DNA of 52,121 nucleotides from a virus: IMG/VR virus record IMGVR_UViG_3300045988_120717; one strand, 5' to 3'. Shown piece by piece: positions 44,938 to 52,121 of this stretch (position 1 is its first letter; each line of letters starts with the position of its first letter). The notes under the pieces were generated by a model. It saw only the letters and a program-made list of their open reading frames with translations, ran no database searches and was not told where the DNA came from. The position numbers and the translations under genes were made by a program.

Positions 44938-46377
44938 TTGCTAACTTTAGGAAGTTTGTTTGATGGTATTGGCGGGTGGCAACTAGCGGCGCAACATGCA
45001 GGAGTAAAACCGTTATGGAGCAGTGAAATTGATGAATACCCTGCTGAGGTGACAAAAATACGGTTTCCTGAGACTAAGCAGTTAGGCGATATTACTAAAC
45101 TTGATGGAGCTGAATTACCACCAGTAGACATTATTTGTGCTGGCTCACCTTGTCAAGATTTGTCTATCGCCGGTAAAAGAGAGGGGTTAAATGGTGAAAG
45201 AAGCGGATTATTTAGAAATGCAATTGACATTGTTCACGGAATGCGAAAGTCCACGGGGGGGAGATACCCGCAGTTCTTTGTATGGGAAAACGTTACTGGA
45301 GCACTTACTTCAAATAAAGGAGCCGATTTCAGAACTGTGCTTGAGGAAATTGGACAAGAGAGTATTCCAATGCCTGACAACGGAAAGTGGGCAAAAGCAG
45401 GAATGGTGCAGTTTCAAAACTGTCAAGTCGCATGGAGAGTGTTGGACGCTCAATATTGGGGAGTCCCCCAGCGAAGAAAAAGAATCTTTCTTGTCGCAGA
45501 TTTTGCAGCCGTTGACAGACGTGCCACAGAAATACTATTTGTCGAGCCGTGCGTGCCAAGGGATTCTGCGGAGGGCGAAAGAGCGCGGGAAGAAGTTGCC
45601 AGAGGAACTGGAAAAAGCGTTGATAGCGCAGTCGTGCGAATGCGGAGTGGATGCGCGGGGGGCGGTAAAGTACCGCTTGTAAGCAATGAAAAAAGCTTGA
45701 CGTTGGCAACTGGCAATGATCTGCCGGTTGTGCATAGTTATTGCATAGCCGGAAACACGATTGACCGAAAACCACAAAACGGCGGCAACGGAACAGGCAA
45801 CCAAGAGGAACTAAGCTACACGCTGAATACAGTTGACAGGCACGCAGTAGCAGAATGTTTCCCCCAAAATGCCTATAATAAATTCTTACAAGGCACACCA
45901 TTAACGACATTAAAGGCATGTGGTGGCAGTTGTGGCGGTGGCAGTGAGAATTTAATAGTTAACATCAGTCCTTCAGTTGGTAAGGTGCGGAGATTAACGC
46001 CGACAGAATGTCAGAATGGCGTTGCTCATCAAGAACATGAACAATATGCGGTAGATTTTGGACGTGCAGCCGACCGTATACAAATGAACGCAACAAAAAG
46101 TGTTACTCTTTTGGGGCTTGGTGGTGGCGGTGGAGCAAAAACAGGGCTTTACTGCTTGCCACAAAAAGATGATGATGAACAAAAATATTTAGTAAGACGA
46201 TTAACGCCGACAGAATGCGAACGATTGCAGGGGTTGCCTGATGGCTTTACGGATATTGAGTTCAAAGGCAAGCCAGCACTTGACAGTAAACGATACAAAG
46301 CATTAGGCAATGGCATGGCTCAACCGTGTGCAGACTATGTAATCAAACAAATTGTAAGATTTGTAAAAGGTTTATAA
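44938..46377 (+). CDS. DNA (cytosine-5) methyltransferase with an enlarged variable region.
   Basis: Motif I is LFDGIGG, motif IV is PCQDLSIAGKR, and ENV is present. The variable region carries two copies of RRLTPTEC, Gly tracts, and a C-terminal GLPDGF. Confidence 0.8.
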   Translation: MLTLGSLFDGIGGWQLAAQHAGVKPLWSSEIDEYPAEVTKIRFPETKQLGDITKLDGAELPPVDIICAGSPCQDLSIAGKREGLNGERSGLFRNAIDIVHGMRKSTGGRYPQFFVWENVTGALTSNKGADFRTVLEEIGQESIPMPDNGKWAKAGMVQFQNCQVAWRVLDAQYWGVPQRRKRIFLVADFAAVDRRATEILFVEPCVPRDSAEGERAREEVARGTGKSVDSAVVRMRSGCAGGGKVPLVSNEKSLTLATGNDLPVVHSYCIAGNTIDRKPQNGGNGTGNQEELSYTLNTVDRHAVAECFPQNAYNKFLQGTPLTTLKACGGSCGGGSENLIVNISPSVGKVRRLTPTECQNGVAHQEHEQYAVDFGRAADRIQMNATKSVTLLGLGGGGGAKTGLYCLPQKDDDEQKYLVRRLTPTECERLQGLPDGFTDIEFKGKPALDSKRYKALGNGMAQPCADYVIKQIVRFVKGL

Positions 46378-46662
46378 AAAGTTTGGAGTTGATAAACAGT
46401 GAACTTGAAAATGTTTGATTGGGAATCAATAGACAAAAGAATGGATAGCAGCTACAACAGAATATGGCGAAGTTCCTTCAAGAAATAATAATCATAAATC
46501 AATGACTGGAGAGGACAGTAATGATTAAAAGGTATAACAATAAAGCCGCCATCCGGATTGAACGCCGTATATTTGATAAATTGCGGGGCTATATTGGCGA
46601 TGGGCGCCATAGAAGAGGAAAGGCTTTTGCTATGGCATTGCTTCTGGACAATGGAGGAAAGT

Positions 46663-46884
46663 ATGAATAACAGGCAAGGGATGCAAGTGAGAGCACTGTG
46701 CATGTTTGACTCACAGATTGGAGCGTTGGTAAAGACTGAAAGGAAGAGAATTAGGCAGAGAATTAAGAGGATATACCGAATGGCACCGTCGAAACAGTTA
46801 AGCAAGGCTGAGGCCGAAAAGCTGACGATGGATATTTTCGGATGTAATGCTGATGAAGCGAGGAAAATACTTTCGACTAATTAA
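46663..46884 (+). CDS. Small basic hypothetical protein.
   Basis: ATG after GGAGGAAAGT. Confidence 0.3.
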   Translation: MNNRQGMQVRALCMFDSQIGALVKTERKRIRQRIKRIYRMAPSKQLSKAEAEKLTMDIFGCNADEARKILSTN

Positions 46885-46902
46885 AAGGGGATTGAGTGAA
46901 CG

Positions 46903-47232
46903 ATGAGCGGAATTGATAGTATGTATTACGTACACAAGCACCTGACGGAGCGTGATTTGCTGGAACAGCTGGCAGAAGAATGTGGAGAGCTGGAACAAGC
47001 AAGCTTAAAACTGATACGTGCAAAAGGGTACAGTTCAAACATCACGCCAAAGTCAGAGCACGAAGCAACAGAGCAGCTAAAAGAAGAAGCAATAGACGTG
47101 TGTATGATACTAAGAATACTTGGTTGTTTGCCGCACCATAGCACGGTAGAAAGCTCACCAAAGTGGGAGCGCTGGGAAAGCAGGCTAAAGGCTGGACATA
47201 AGGGGCAAATTGAAGGGCAACATAGGGGGTAA
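46903..47232 (+). CDS. MazG-like nucleotide pyrophosphohydrolase.
   Basis: Has the LAEECGELEQA...LKEEAIDV pattern of EExxE...EExxD motifs. Confidence 0.4.
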   Translation: MSGIDSMYYVHKHLTERDLLEQLAEECGELEQASLKLIRAKGYSSNITPKSEHEATEQLKEEAIDVCMILRILGCLPHHSTVESSPKWERWESRLKAGHKGQIEGQHRG

Positions 47233-47236
47233 TATC

Positions 47237-47830
47237 ATGAGAAAAATAACAGCTGAGGAATTAAAGGATATTTTAGCCAGGCACAAAAAATGGCTATATA
47301 ACAAGGAAGGAGGAGAACAAGCTGATTTGGGTGCGTATTTGCAGGGTATTGATTTGCAAGGTGCGGATTTGCAAAGTGCCATTTTACGAGAAGCTAATTT
47401 GCGAGGTGCAGATTTTCAATGTGCAGACCTGCTATGTGCTAATTTGCGAGGTGCTGATTTGCGAGATGCAGATTTGCGAAACGCAGATTTGCGAGGTGCT
47501 GATTTGCGAAATGCAGATTTGCGAAACGCAGATTTGCGAAACGCAGATTTGCGAGGTGCTTATAGACCGTGGTTAGTTTATGCAGGAAATATCGGTAGCA
47601 GACGTTATGAAACTTTATATTTTGCAGATTACGACAACATTCGCTGTGGCTGTTGGAACAACTATAAAGGAGGTACGCTAGATGAGTTTAAACTAAGAAT
47701 AGACGAGGTTTATCCAGCTGACAGTAAAAATGAAGAATATCAAAGATATAGATTAGAGTATCTTTCAGCTATAAAAATGTTTGAATCAATGCGAGAAGCA
47801 TATTTGAAAAGTCTGGGGGAAAGACAATGA
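47237..47830 (+). CDS. Pentapeptide-repeat protein with a C-terminal globular domain.
   Basis: About 20 consecutive A(D/N)LRx pentapeptides. RBS is AGGGGG. Confidence 0.7.
   Translation: MRKITAEELKDILARHKKWLYNKEGGEQADLGAYLQGIDLQGADLQSAILREANLRGADFQCADLLCANLRGADLRDADLRNADLRGADLRNADLRNADLRNADLRGAYRPWLVYAGNIGSRRYETLYFADYDNIRCGCWNNYKGGTLDEFKLRIDEVYPADSKNEEYQRYRLEYLSAIKMFESMREAYLKSLGERQ
47317..47562 (+). repeat. Near-perfect 15-bp tandem DNA repeats (GCAGATTTGCGAAAC-like).
   Basis: Inside the pentapeptide-repeat coding sequence. Confidence 0.8.
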
Positions 47831-47888
47831 GAAAAATATCTAAAGAGGATTGGAATTGTTTGTATAGGAAAAACGAGGAAGTGATTAG

Positions 47889-48071
47889 ATGATAGCCAAA
47901 GCGTATGCTTTTATGTACAACGAAGATGAAGGCGTAGAAATGATTGTCTATGCAGAGAATGCCAATAAAGCCAAGGCAGATAGCCTTGGCGGATATAGAG
48001 AAGATGGACAGCCGTTCTGTCAATATTGCAAGGAAAGGGAGAGTAACGGAAGTGAGGTAGATAATGAATAA
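47889..48071 (+). CDS. Small hypothetical protein.
   Basis: RBS is GAGGAAGTGA. Confidence 0.3.
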   Translation: MIAKAYAFMYNEDEGVEMIVYAENANKAKADSLGGYREDGQPFCQYCKERESNGSEVDNE

Positions 48072-48230
48072 GCTAACTGCTGAAAAAATCATAGATACAA
48101 TCGGGGTTTTAGGTGCAATTATATTCTGCCCTATTTGGATACCAATTGTTGCACTAATGGCAGTTGCTCGTATAATACTTTTTGCGTGGGATTACTTTTT
48201 GTGTAACAACTAATAAAGGGGATAATTTTC

Positions 48231-48473
48231 ATGAAATGGGTAACGTTTTATCATGATGTAATGTCTGATAAAATTTATGATTTTGTTGAACATAAAGATA
48301 AAGTCTCTGCAACGGAATATTTTAAAAAGCATTATAAAGACTACTTTCAGTTGCAGACAGAAATTAAAGTCAAACTGCCGATGACTTATGGACTTCCTTT
48401 TTTGGGGCAGTATATCGGAATGACGCTGTGTTCTTTTAAAAAACGATATGGAGATGTAGAGGTGATTGGATAA
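48231..48473 (+). CDS. Small hypothetical protein.
   Basis: RBS is AAAGGGGATAATTTTC. Confidence 0.35.
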   Translation: MKWVTFYHDVMSDKIYDFVEHKDKVSATEYFKKHYKDYFQLQTEIKVKLPMTYGLPFLGQYIGMTLCSFKKRYGDVEVIG

Positions 48474-48661
48474 TGACTAACTATGAATATATAAAAACGC
48501 TATCGCAAGACGAGCTGGTATCGTTTATTATAAACGATATGACTATGGCTTCTAACGATATTTTGGATGAAAGCATACGTTGCTGGAGTGATGATGAACG
48601 AAGTTCCACAGAAATAAGGATGTGGAAAAATTGGTTAAATGAACAGCACGAAGAAAAGTAG
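48473..48661 (+). CDS. Small acidic hypothetical protein.
   Basis: Coupled to its neighbour by an ATGA overlap. Confidence 0.35.
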   Translation: MTNYEYIKTLSQDELVSFIINDMTMASNDILDESIRCWSDDERSSTEIRMWKNWLNEQHEEK

Positions 48662-48890
48662 CAGCTAAAAGTAGCAGCTAAAAGTAGCAGCTACGGAAGG
48701 GACTAGAATGAGTAAAAAGTACATGATATATGGAAAAAGATTCAAAAGGAAATGACGCAGCTTGGAATGGCGCAGCTTGGAATGGTAATGATAGGCTTTT
48801 TGCTATCAAGGCATTGCAGGGTAAAAAGGTGACACAGGAAACAATGATAACGGCGATAAAGGCCAGAATTAAAGAATATGGAGGAAAATA

Positions 48891-49106
48891 ATGGACAAGT
48901 TTAATCGCAGTCATGTTAAAGACGTGACACCATTTGAAGCTGAAAAAAATATTATGAAAAAAATACATAAAAGGGCAGCACAGCTAGTAAAGATGATGAG
49001 TGCTGATGTTAAATTAACAGGATTTAAGCTGGATAAAACTCCGGTGACAATTAGAGATCCTAAAACTGGAGTCACCGTGACTATGACAATTGGAGGTGAA
49101 TACTAA
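48891..49106 (+). CDS. Small hypothetical protein.
   Basis: RBS is TGGAGGAAAATA. Confidence 0.35.
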   Translation: MDKFNRSHVKDVTPFEAEKNIMKKIHKRAAQLVKMMSADVKLTGFKLDKTPVTIRDPKTGVTVTMTIGGEY

Positions 49107-49429
49107 TGGCTGACAAAGTGTTACCAAAGCCATGCAACGGCCCGAAATATGCGGATTGGACCGAAGTTGACCAGCTTTTAAAAGTTGGTGAAGAATACGG
49201 CGAAATAAACGAAGCCTATTTAAAGCTAAGGCGCTGCACGGACACCAAGCAGGCAGCAGACTTGTATATAAAACTTATGGAAGAATGTACCGATTTAATA
49301 ACGGCAGTCACTGGCTTTATGGATAAAATGCAGTTTGATGAAAATATGCGTCAGCAGATGCAGAGACATATAAACCATAATAACAGTGTTCGTGATAACG
49401 GTACCCGGTTTAAAAAGGAGGCAGTTTAA
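49106..49429 (+). CDS. Hypothetical protein, possibly MazG-like.
   Basis: Has a VGEEYGEINEA...LMEECTDL pattern. Confidence 0.3.
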   Translation: MADKVLPKPCNGPKYADWTEVDQLLKVGEEYGEINEAYLKLRRCTDTKQAADLYIKLMEECTDLITAVTGFMDKMQFDENMRQQMQRHINHNNSVRDNGTRFKKEAV

Positions 49430-49923
49430 TGTTTCGTAGTAATGACTGTATTAAGCTAACTAAGGATTATCTAAAAAACTACTCTTATCGGCAGCAGGCA
49501 GTCAGGAATATTGAGCTTGATATGCAGGACCTTAACCGTGAATTAGCTGACGTTTCAGTACGTGCCGTTGATTACCGCCCTAGTACAAGTTCAGGGGCAT
49601 CAGAGCTTAACGGTACAGAACAGCAGGCTCATGTACGAGCATTACAGGAACAGGAGGTAAAAGCGCTACAGGTAAACCGCAGGCGTTTGCAAACCCATTT
49701 AGAAAAAATGGAAAACTCGTTAGGCAGGTTGCCAGACGACGAGCAAAAAATACTAAGAAAACACTATATAGAGCATTACACCTATGCCGAAATCGGCGAG
49801 GAGCTGGGGTTGAGCGAAAGGTCATGCCAGCGTAAAGCTAATGAGGCAACTAGAAGCCTGGCTATAATGCTTTTTCATGATTACGCCGAACAGGACGTGT
49901 TTTTTATAGGCACTACTCATTAA
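49429..49923 (+). CDS. ArpU-family late transcriptional regulator.
   Basis: About 160 aa, sigma-like. The region-4-like C-terminus is YAEIGEELGLSERSCQRK. It lies directly upstream of the terminase genes. Confidence 0.6.
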   Translation: MFRSNDCIKLTKDYLKNYSYRQQAVRNIELDMQDLNRELADVSVRAVDYRPSTSSGASELNGTEQQAHVRALQEQEVKALQVNRRRLQTHLEKMENSLGRLPDDEQKILRKHYIEHYTYAEIGEELGLSERSCQRKANEATRSLAIMLFHDYAEQDVFFIGTTH

Positions 49924-49976
49924 ATGTCGTTTTTTTGTCGTTTTTTTGTCGTTTTTTTGGCAGTTTGTTGGCAGGA
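49924..49976 (+). repeat. Phased 11-bp T-tract repeats.
   Basis: GTCGTTTTTTT occurs three times, then GGCAGTTTGTT, then GGCAGG, all on an 11-bp period. Confidence 0.75.
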
Positions 49977-50080
49977 TTTCCTATAAATCAGGTGATATAA
50001 TGATAGTATCCCGAGGTTGAGGGTTGAACATATTCTTTGGGGTTACTTCCTATAATTAGTTTCCTTAGTTTAGTTCTTTT

Positions 50081-50122
50081 AGCGTAGCACAAAAGCCGTA
50101 TTACTTTTACTAGTAGTACGGC
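50081..50122. other. Strong 13-bp-stem hairpin in the packaging-region leader.
   Basis: CACAAAAGCCGTA, then 16 nt, then TACGGCTTTTGTG. Confidence 0.6.
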
Positions 50123-50203
50123 TTTTGTGTTGTAAAAATTTAGGATGGTTTATCTATTCTCCTAAATATAAATATACACAACAGCAGAAAATAAAGGAGG
50201 GCG

Positions 50204-50731
50204 GTGCACGATGTGAAAAGAAACGGATTAACACCAAAACAGGAAGCCTTTATAGATGCCTACATTGAAACAGGCAATGCGAGCGAGGCGGCCAAAAGGG
50301 CAGGTTATAGCGAAAAAACAGCTAGAGCTGTAGGAGCCGAGAACCTCACAAAACCATACATTAAAGCCGCTATTGAAGCCCGGCAGGCTGAAATTCGCTC
50401 TAAACGCACGGCTGATATAACCGAGGTTATGGAATTTCTCACATCGGCACTACGCGGCGAACTCACAGATGAGAATGTTGTTGTAGAAGGTGAAGGCGAA
50501 GGGATAAGCAATGCCCGCATAATTGAAACACGGATATCTTCCAGAGACCGTATAAAAGCCGCCGAAAATCTCTTGAAGCGGTTCCCAGGCAAACTTGACA
50601 AAGCCGAGCAAAAAGCGAGAATAAAACGCCTCGAAACTGAATTGCTGGCAATGGCACAAGGCAAAGGCACAGAGGGCGATGATGTAAAAATCATTGACGA
50701 TATAGGAGGGAGTGAGCTAGATAAAAACTGA
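50204..50731 (+). CDS. Terminase small subunit.
   Basis: The N-terminal sequence LTPKQEAFIDAYIETGNASEAAKRAGYSEKTA is typical of a terminase small-subunit helix-turn-helix. GTG start. RBS is AAAGGAGGG. Confidence 0.7.
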   Translation: MHDVKRNGLTPKQEAFIDAYIETGNASEAAKRAGYSEKTARAVGAENLTKPYIKAAIEARQAEIRSKRTADITEVMEFLTSALRGELTDENVVVEGEGEGISNARIIETRISSRDRIKAAENLLKRFPGKLDKAEQKARIKRLETELLAMAQGKGTEGDDVKIIDDIGGSELDKN

Positions 50732-51965
50732 AATAAAACTTAGTGACATTATAGCCCCTCACTTCTATGATATTCACCGCGACATAAAAAAACACGGGCA
50801 TACGTACTATTGGGAGGAAGGCGGACGCGGCTCTACAAAATCATCCCATATCAGTATTGAGATTATTTTGTTGCTGCTGAAAAATCCGGACTGTCATGCG
50901 GTAGTATTACGCAAAGTCGGGAACACTATCAAAAACAGCGTATACACGCAGATGCAATGGGCTATCGACCGGCTGGGGCTGACCAGCAAATTCAAGTTCA
51001 AGACTTCGCCGCATGAAATCACATACAAGAAGACGGGGCAGAAAATCCTTTTTATGGGTGTGGATGACCCGCAGAAAATCAAATCTATCAAACTGCCATT
51101 TGGCTATATTGGTATTTGCTGGTGTGAAGAATTAGATCAGTTCGGGGGAATGGAAGAAATCCGTAGCTTAAATCAATCACTATTGCGTGGCGGCCCTATT
51201 TACTGGGAATTCTGTTCATTCAATCCGCCCAAAAGTCAAAACAATTGGGTGAACGCGGAAAAATTAAACGATGTGCCGGGGCGTATAGTGCATCACTCAA
51301 CCTATTTGGGTGTACCTAAATCATGGCTGGGAGAGCGATTTTTTATTGATGCTGAAATATTAAGAAGAAAAAATGAGATGTCCTATCGTCATGAATATTT
51401 AGGTGAAGTAACCGGTACCGGCGGTGACGTATTCAGTAATGTTGAAGACATGCGTATAAGTGACCAGATGATAGAGCAGTTTGACCACTTATGCTATGGC
51501 TTGGACTTTGGTTTTGCCGTAGACCCTCTAGCATTTAATAGTATGCACTATGACCGTAAACATGAGATACTATATATCTTTGGTGAGATAGACAAAGTAG
51601 GTTTTGAAACTGACCCAGCAGCTAAAGCAGTTAAAGAGTTAGCTAAACACAGATTAGTTATCGCTGATAGCGCTGAGCCTCGTACTATACGTGAATTTGA
51701 AAAACGGGGTGTGAATATAAAAGGCTGCCGTAAAGGCCCCGACAGTGTTGAACACGGTATAAAGTGGCTACAGGACCTGCGGAAAATAATCATCGATAAA
51801 GAGCGTTGTCCGAAAACTTTTCGAGAGTTTGTGGGATACGAGTACCAGCAGGATAAAGAAGGTAACTTCATAAGCCGTTTTCCTGATAAGAAAAATCACC
51901 ATATAGACGCGGTTCGCTATGGAAACGAATACAACATGCTTGATGATGTGTTTAGCTTTAAGTGA
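50721..51965 (+). CDS. Terminase large subunit. The start is uncertain.
   Basis: Walker A motif YWEEGGRGSTKS at about 50799..50834. That motif lies upstream of the first canonical start, a TTG at 50868. The frame is open only from 50721, after a TAG at 50718..50720. Confidence 0.7.
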   Translation: MKTEIKLSDIIAPHFYDIHRDIKKHGHTYYWEEGGRGSTKSSHISIEIILLLLKNPDCHAVVLRKVGNTIKNSVYTQMQWAIDRLGLTSKFKFKTSPHEITYKKTGQKILFMGVDDPQKIKSIKLPFGYIGICWCEELDQFGGMEEIRSLNQSLLRGGPIYWEFCSFNPPKSQNNWVNAEKLNDVPGRIVHHSTYLGVPKSWLGERFFIDAEILRRKNEMSYRHEYLGEVTGTGGDVFSNVEDMRISDQMIEQFDHLCYGLDFGFAVDPLAFNSMHYDRKHEILYIFGEIDKVGFETDPAAKAVKELAKHRLVIADSAEPRTIREFEKRGVNIKGCRKGPDSVEHGIKWLQDLRKIIIDKERCPKTFREFVGYEYQQDKEGNFISRFPDKKNHHIDAVRYGNEYNMLDDVFSFK

Positions 51966-51974
51966 GGTGAAGTG

Positions 51975-52121
51975 AATGTTTGACGGAGTATTAGCGCAGT
52001 TTGGATTAGAACCAGACGACGCGGAGGCTCTTATCCGGGAAGAAGCGAGTAAAAATCTAAGTGACATTGACTTCATCGCGTTAGAGCTGGCAGACTGGAA
52101 AGACAGCAAACGTCGTAAGGA
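51975..52121 (+). CDS. Portal protein 5' end. It continues at base 1.
   Basis: ATG after GAGGTGAAGTGA. The frame is continuous into 1..1446. Confidence 0.7.
52002..52121. repeat. 120-bp exact duplicate of bases 1..120, marking the contig circularisation overlap.
   Basis: Identical sequence at both ends. Confidence 0.9.

Larger units (their letters stand above)
1..52121. mobile_element. Complete temperate contractile-tailed phage genome on a circularly closed contig. Unique length is about 52001 bp.
   Basis: A full set of head, tail, lysis, lysogeny, replication and packaging genes is present. There is a 120-bp terminal duplication, and attP-like arm repeats lie next to the integrase. Confidence 0.8.

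Noticed and set aside
45191-45919. ORFs of 163 aa and 196 aa overlapping the methyltransferase gene.
   Set aside because: They are internal to a gene with clear C5-methyltransferase motifs, in other frames and on the other strand, with no start context.
47331-47576. 81-aa ORF (MRICRVLICKV...).
   Set aside because: It is an alternative reading frame of the 15-bp tandem repeats inside the pentapeptide-repeat gene.
50704-50735. -1 programmed frameshift joining the small and large terminase genes at GATAAAAACTGA.
   Set aside because: The large terminase frame is +1, not -1, relative to the small terminase. The -1 frame hits a TAA within two codons. Non-canonical initiation or a sequencing error is more plausible.

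Overview
The window appears to be a complete, circularly closed genome of a temperate contractile-tailed phage, about 52.0 kb long. Bases 1..120 are identical to 52002..52121, and the portal gene runs across that junction. The host is probably a low-GC Firmicute such as a Bacillus-like species. That guess rests on AGGAGG-type ribosome binding sites, PBSX-like tail genes (XkdK/M/N through XkdW equivalents), an ArpU-like late regulator, and YjcQ and BclA-C-like accessory genes.

Reading from position 1, the gene order is: portal; a MuF-like minor head protein fused to a C-terminal HExxH domain; a candidate immunity gene; a YjcQ-family gene; scaffold; a gpD-like decoration protein; a gpE-like major capsid protein; head-tail joining genes; sheath; tube; a chaperone with a -1 frameshift ORF; a tape measure protein with an internal triplication; a self-contained membrane-protein moron; baseplate genes (LysM, hub, wedge, J); two paralogous tail fibres; and a lysis cassette ending in a GH25 endolysin.

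After the lysis genes comes an accessory region. It holds an Arc-like minus-strand operon, a cluster of Q-, Cys- and Gly-rich proteins, and a BclA-C-like (C1q-fold) protein. Then come attP and a tyrosine integrase. Between the integrase and the CI-like repressor sits a translationally coupled pair: a DUF4041/T5orf172-like gene and a zinc-ribbon membrane protein. The immunity region is unusually regulator-dense. It has CI and Cro, a Rha-family gene, two paralogous divergent XRE-HTH pairs with near-identical leaders, a Bro-N antirepressor, and a DUF4258/YgiT toxin-antitoxin operon.

The early genes follow: a YqaJ-like exonuclease and RecT, a DnaD-like replisome organiser, a G39P-like helicase loader, two RusA-like genes, a multispecific-type C5 cytosine methyltransferase, MazG-like proteins, and a pentapeptide-repeat protein built from near-perfect 15-bp DNA repeats. 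The window closes with the ArpU-like regulator, a phased 11-bp T-tract array that is a candidate pac or bend site, the small terminase, and a large terminase that has no canonical start codon.

No rRNA, tRNA, CRISPR array or reverse transcriptase was found. All protein-family assignments come from reading the translated sequences, not from database searches.
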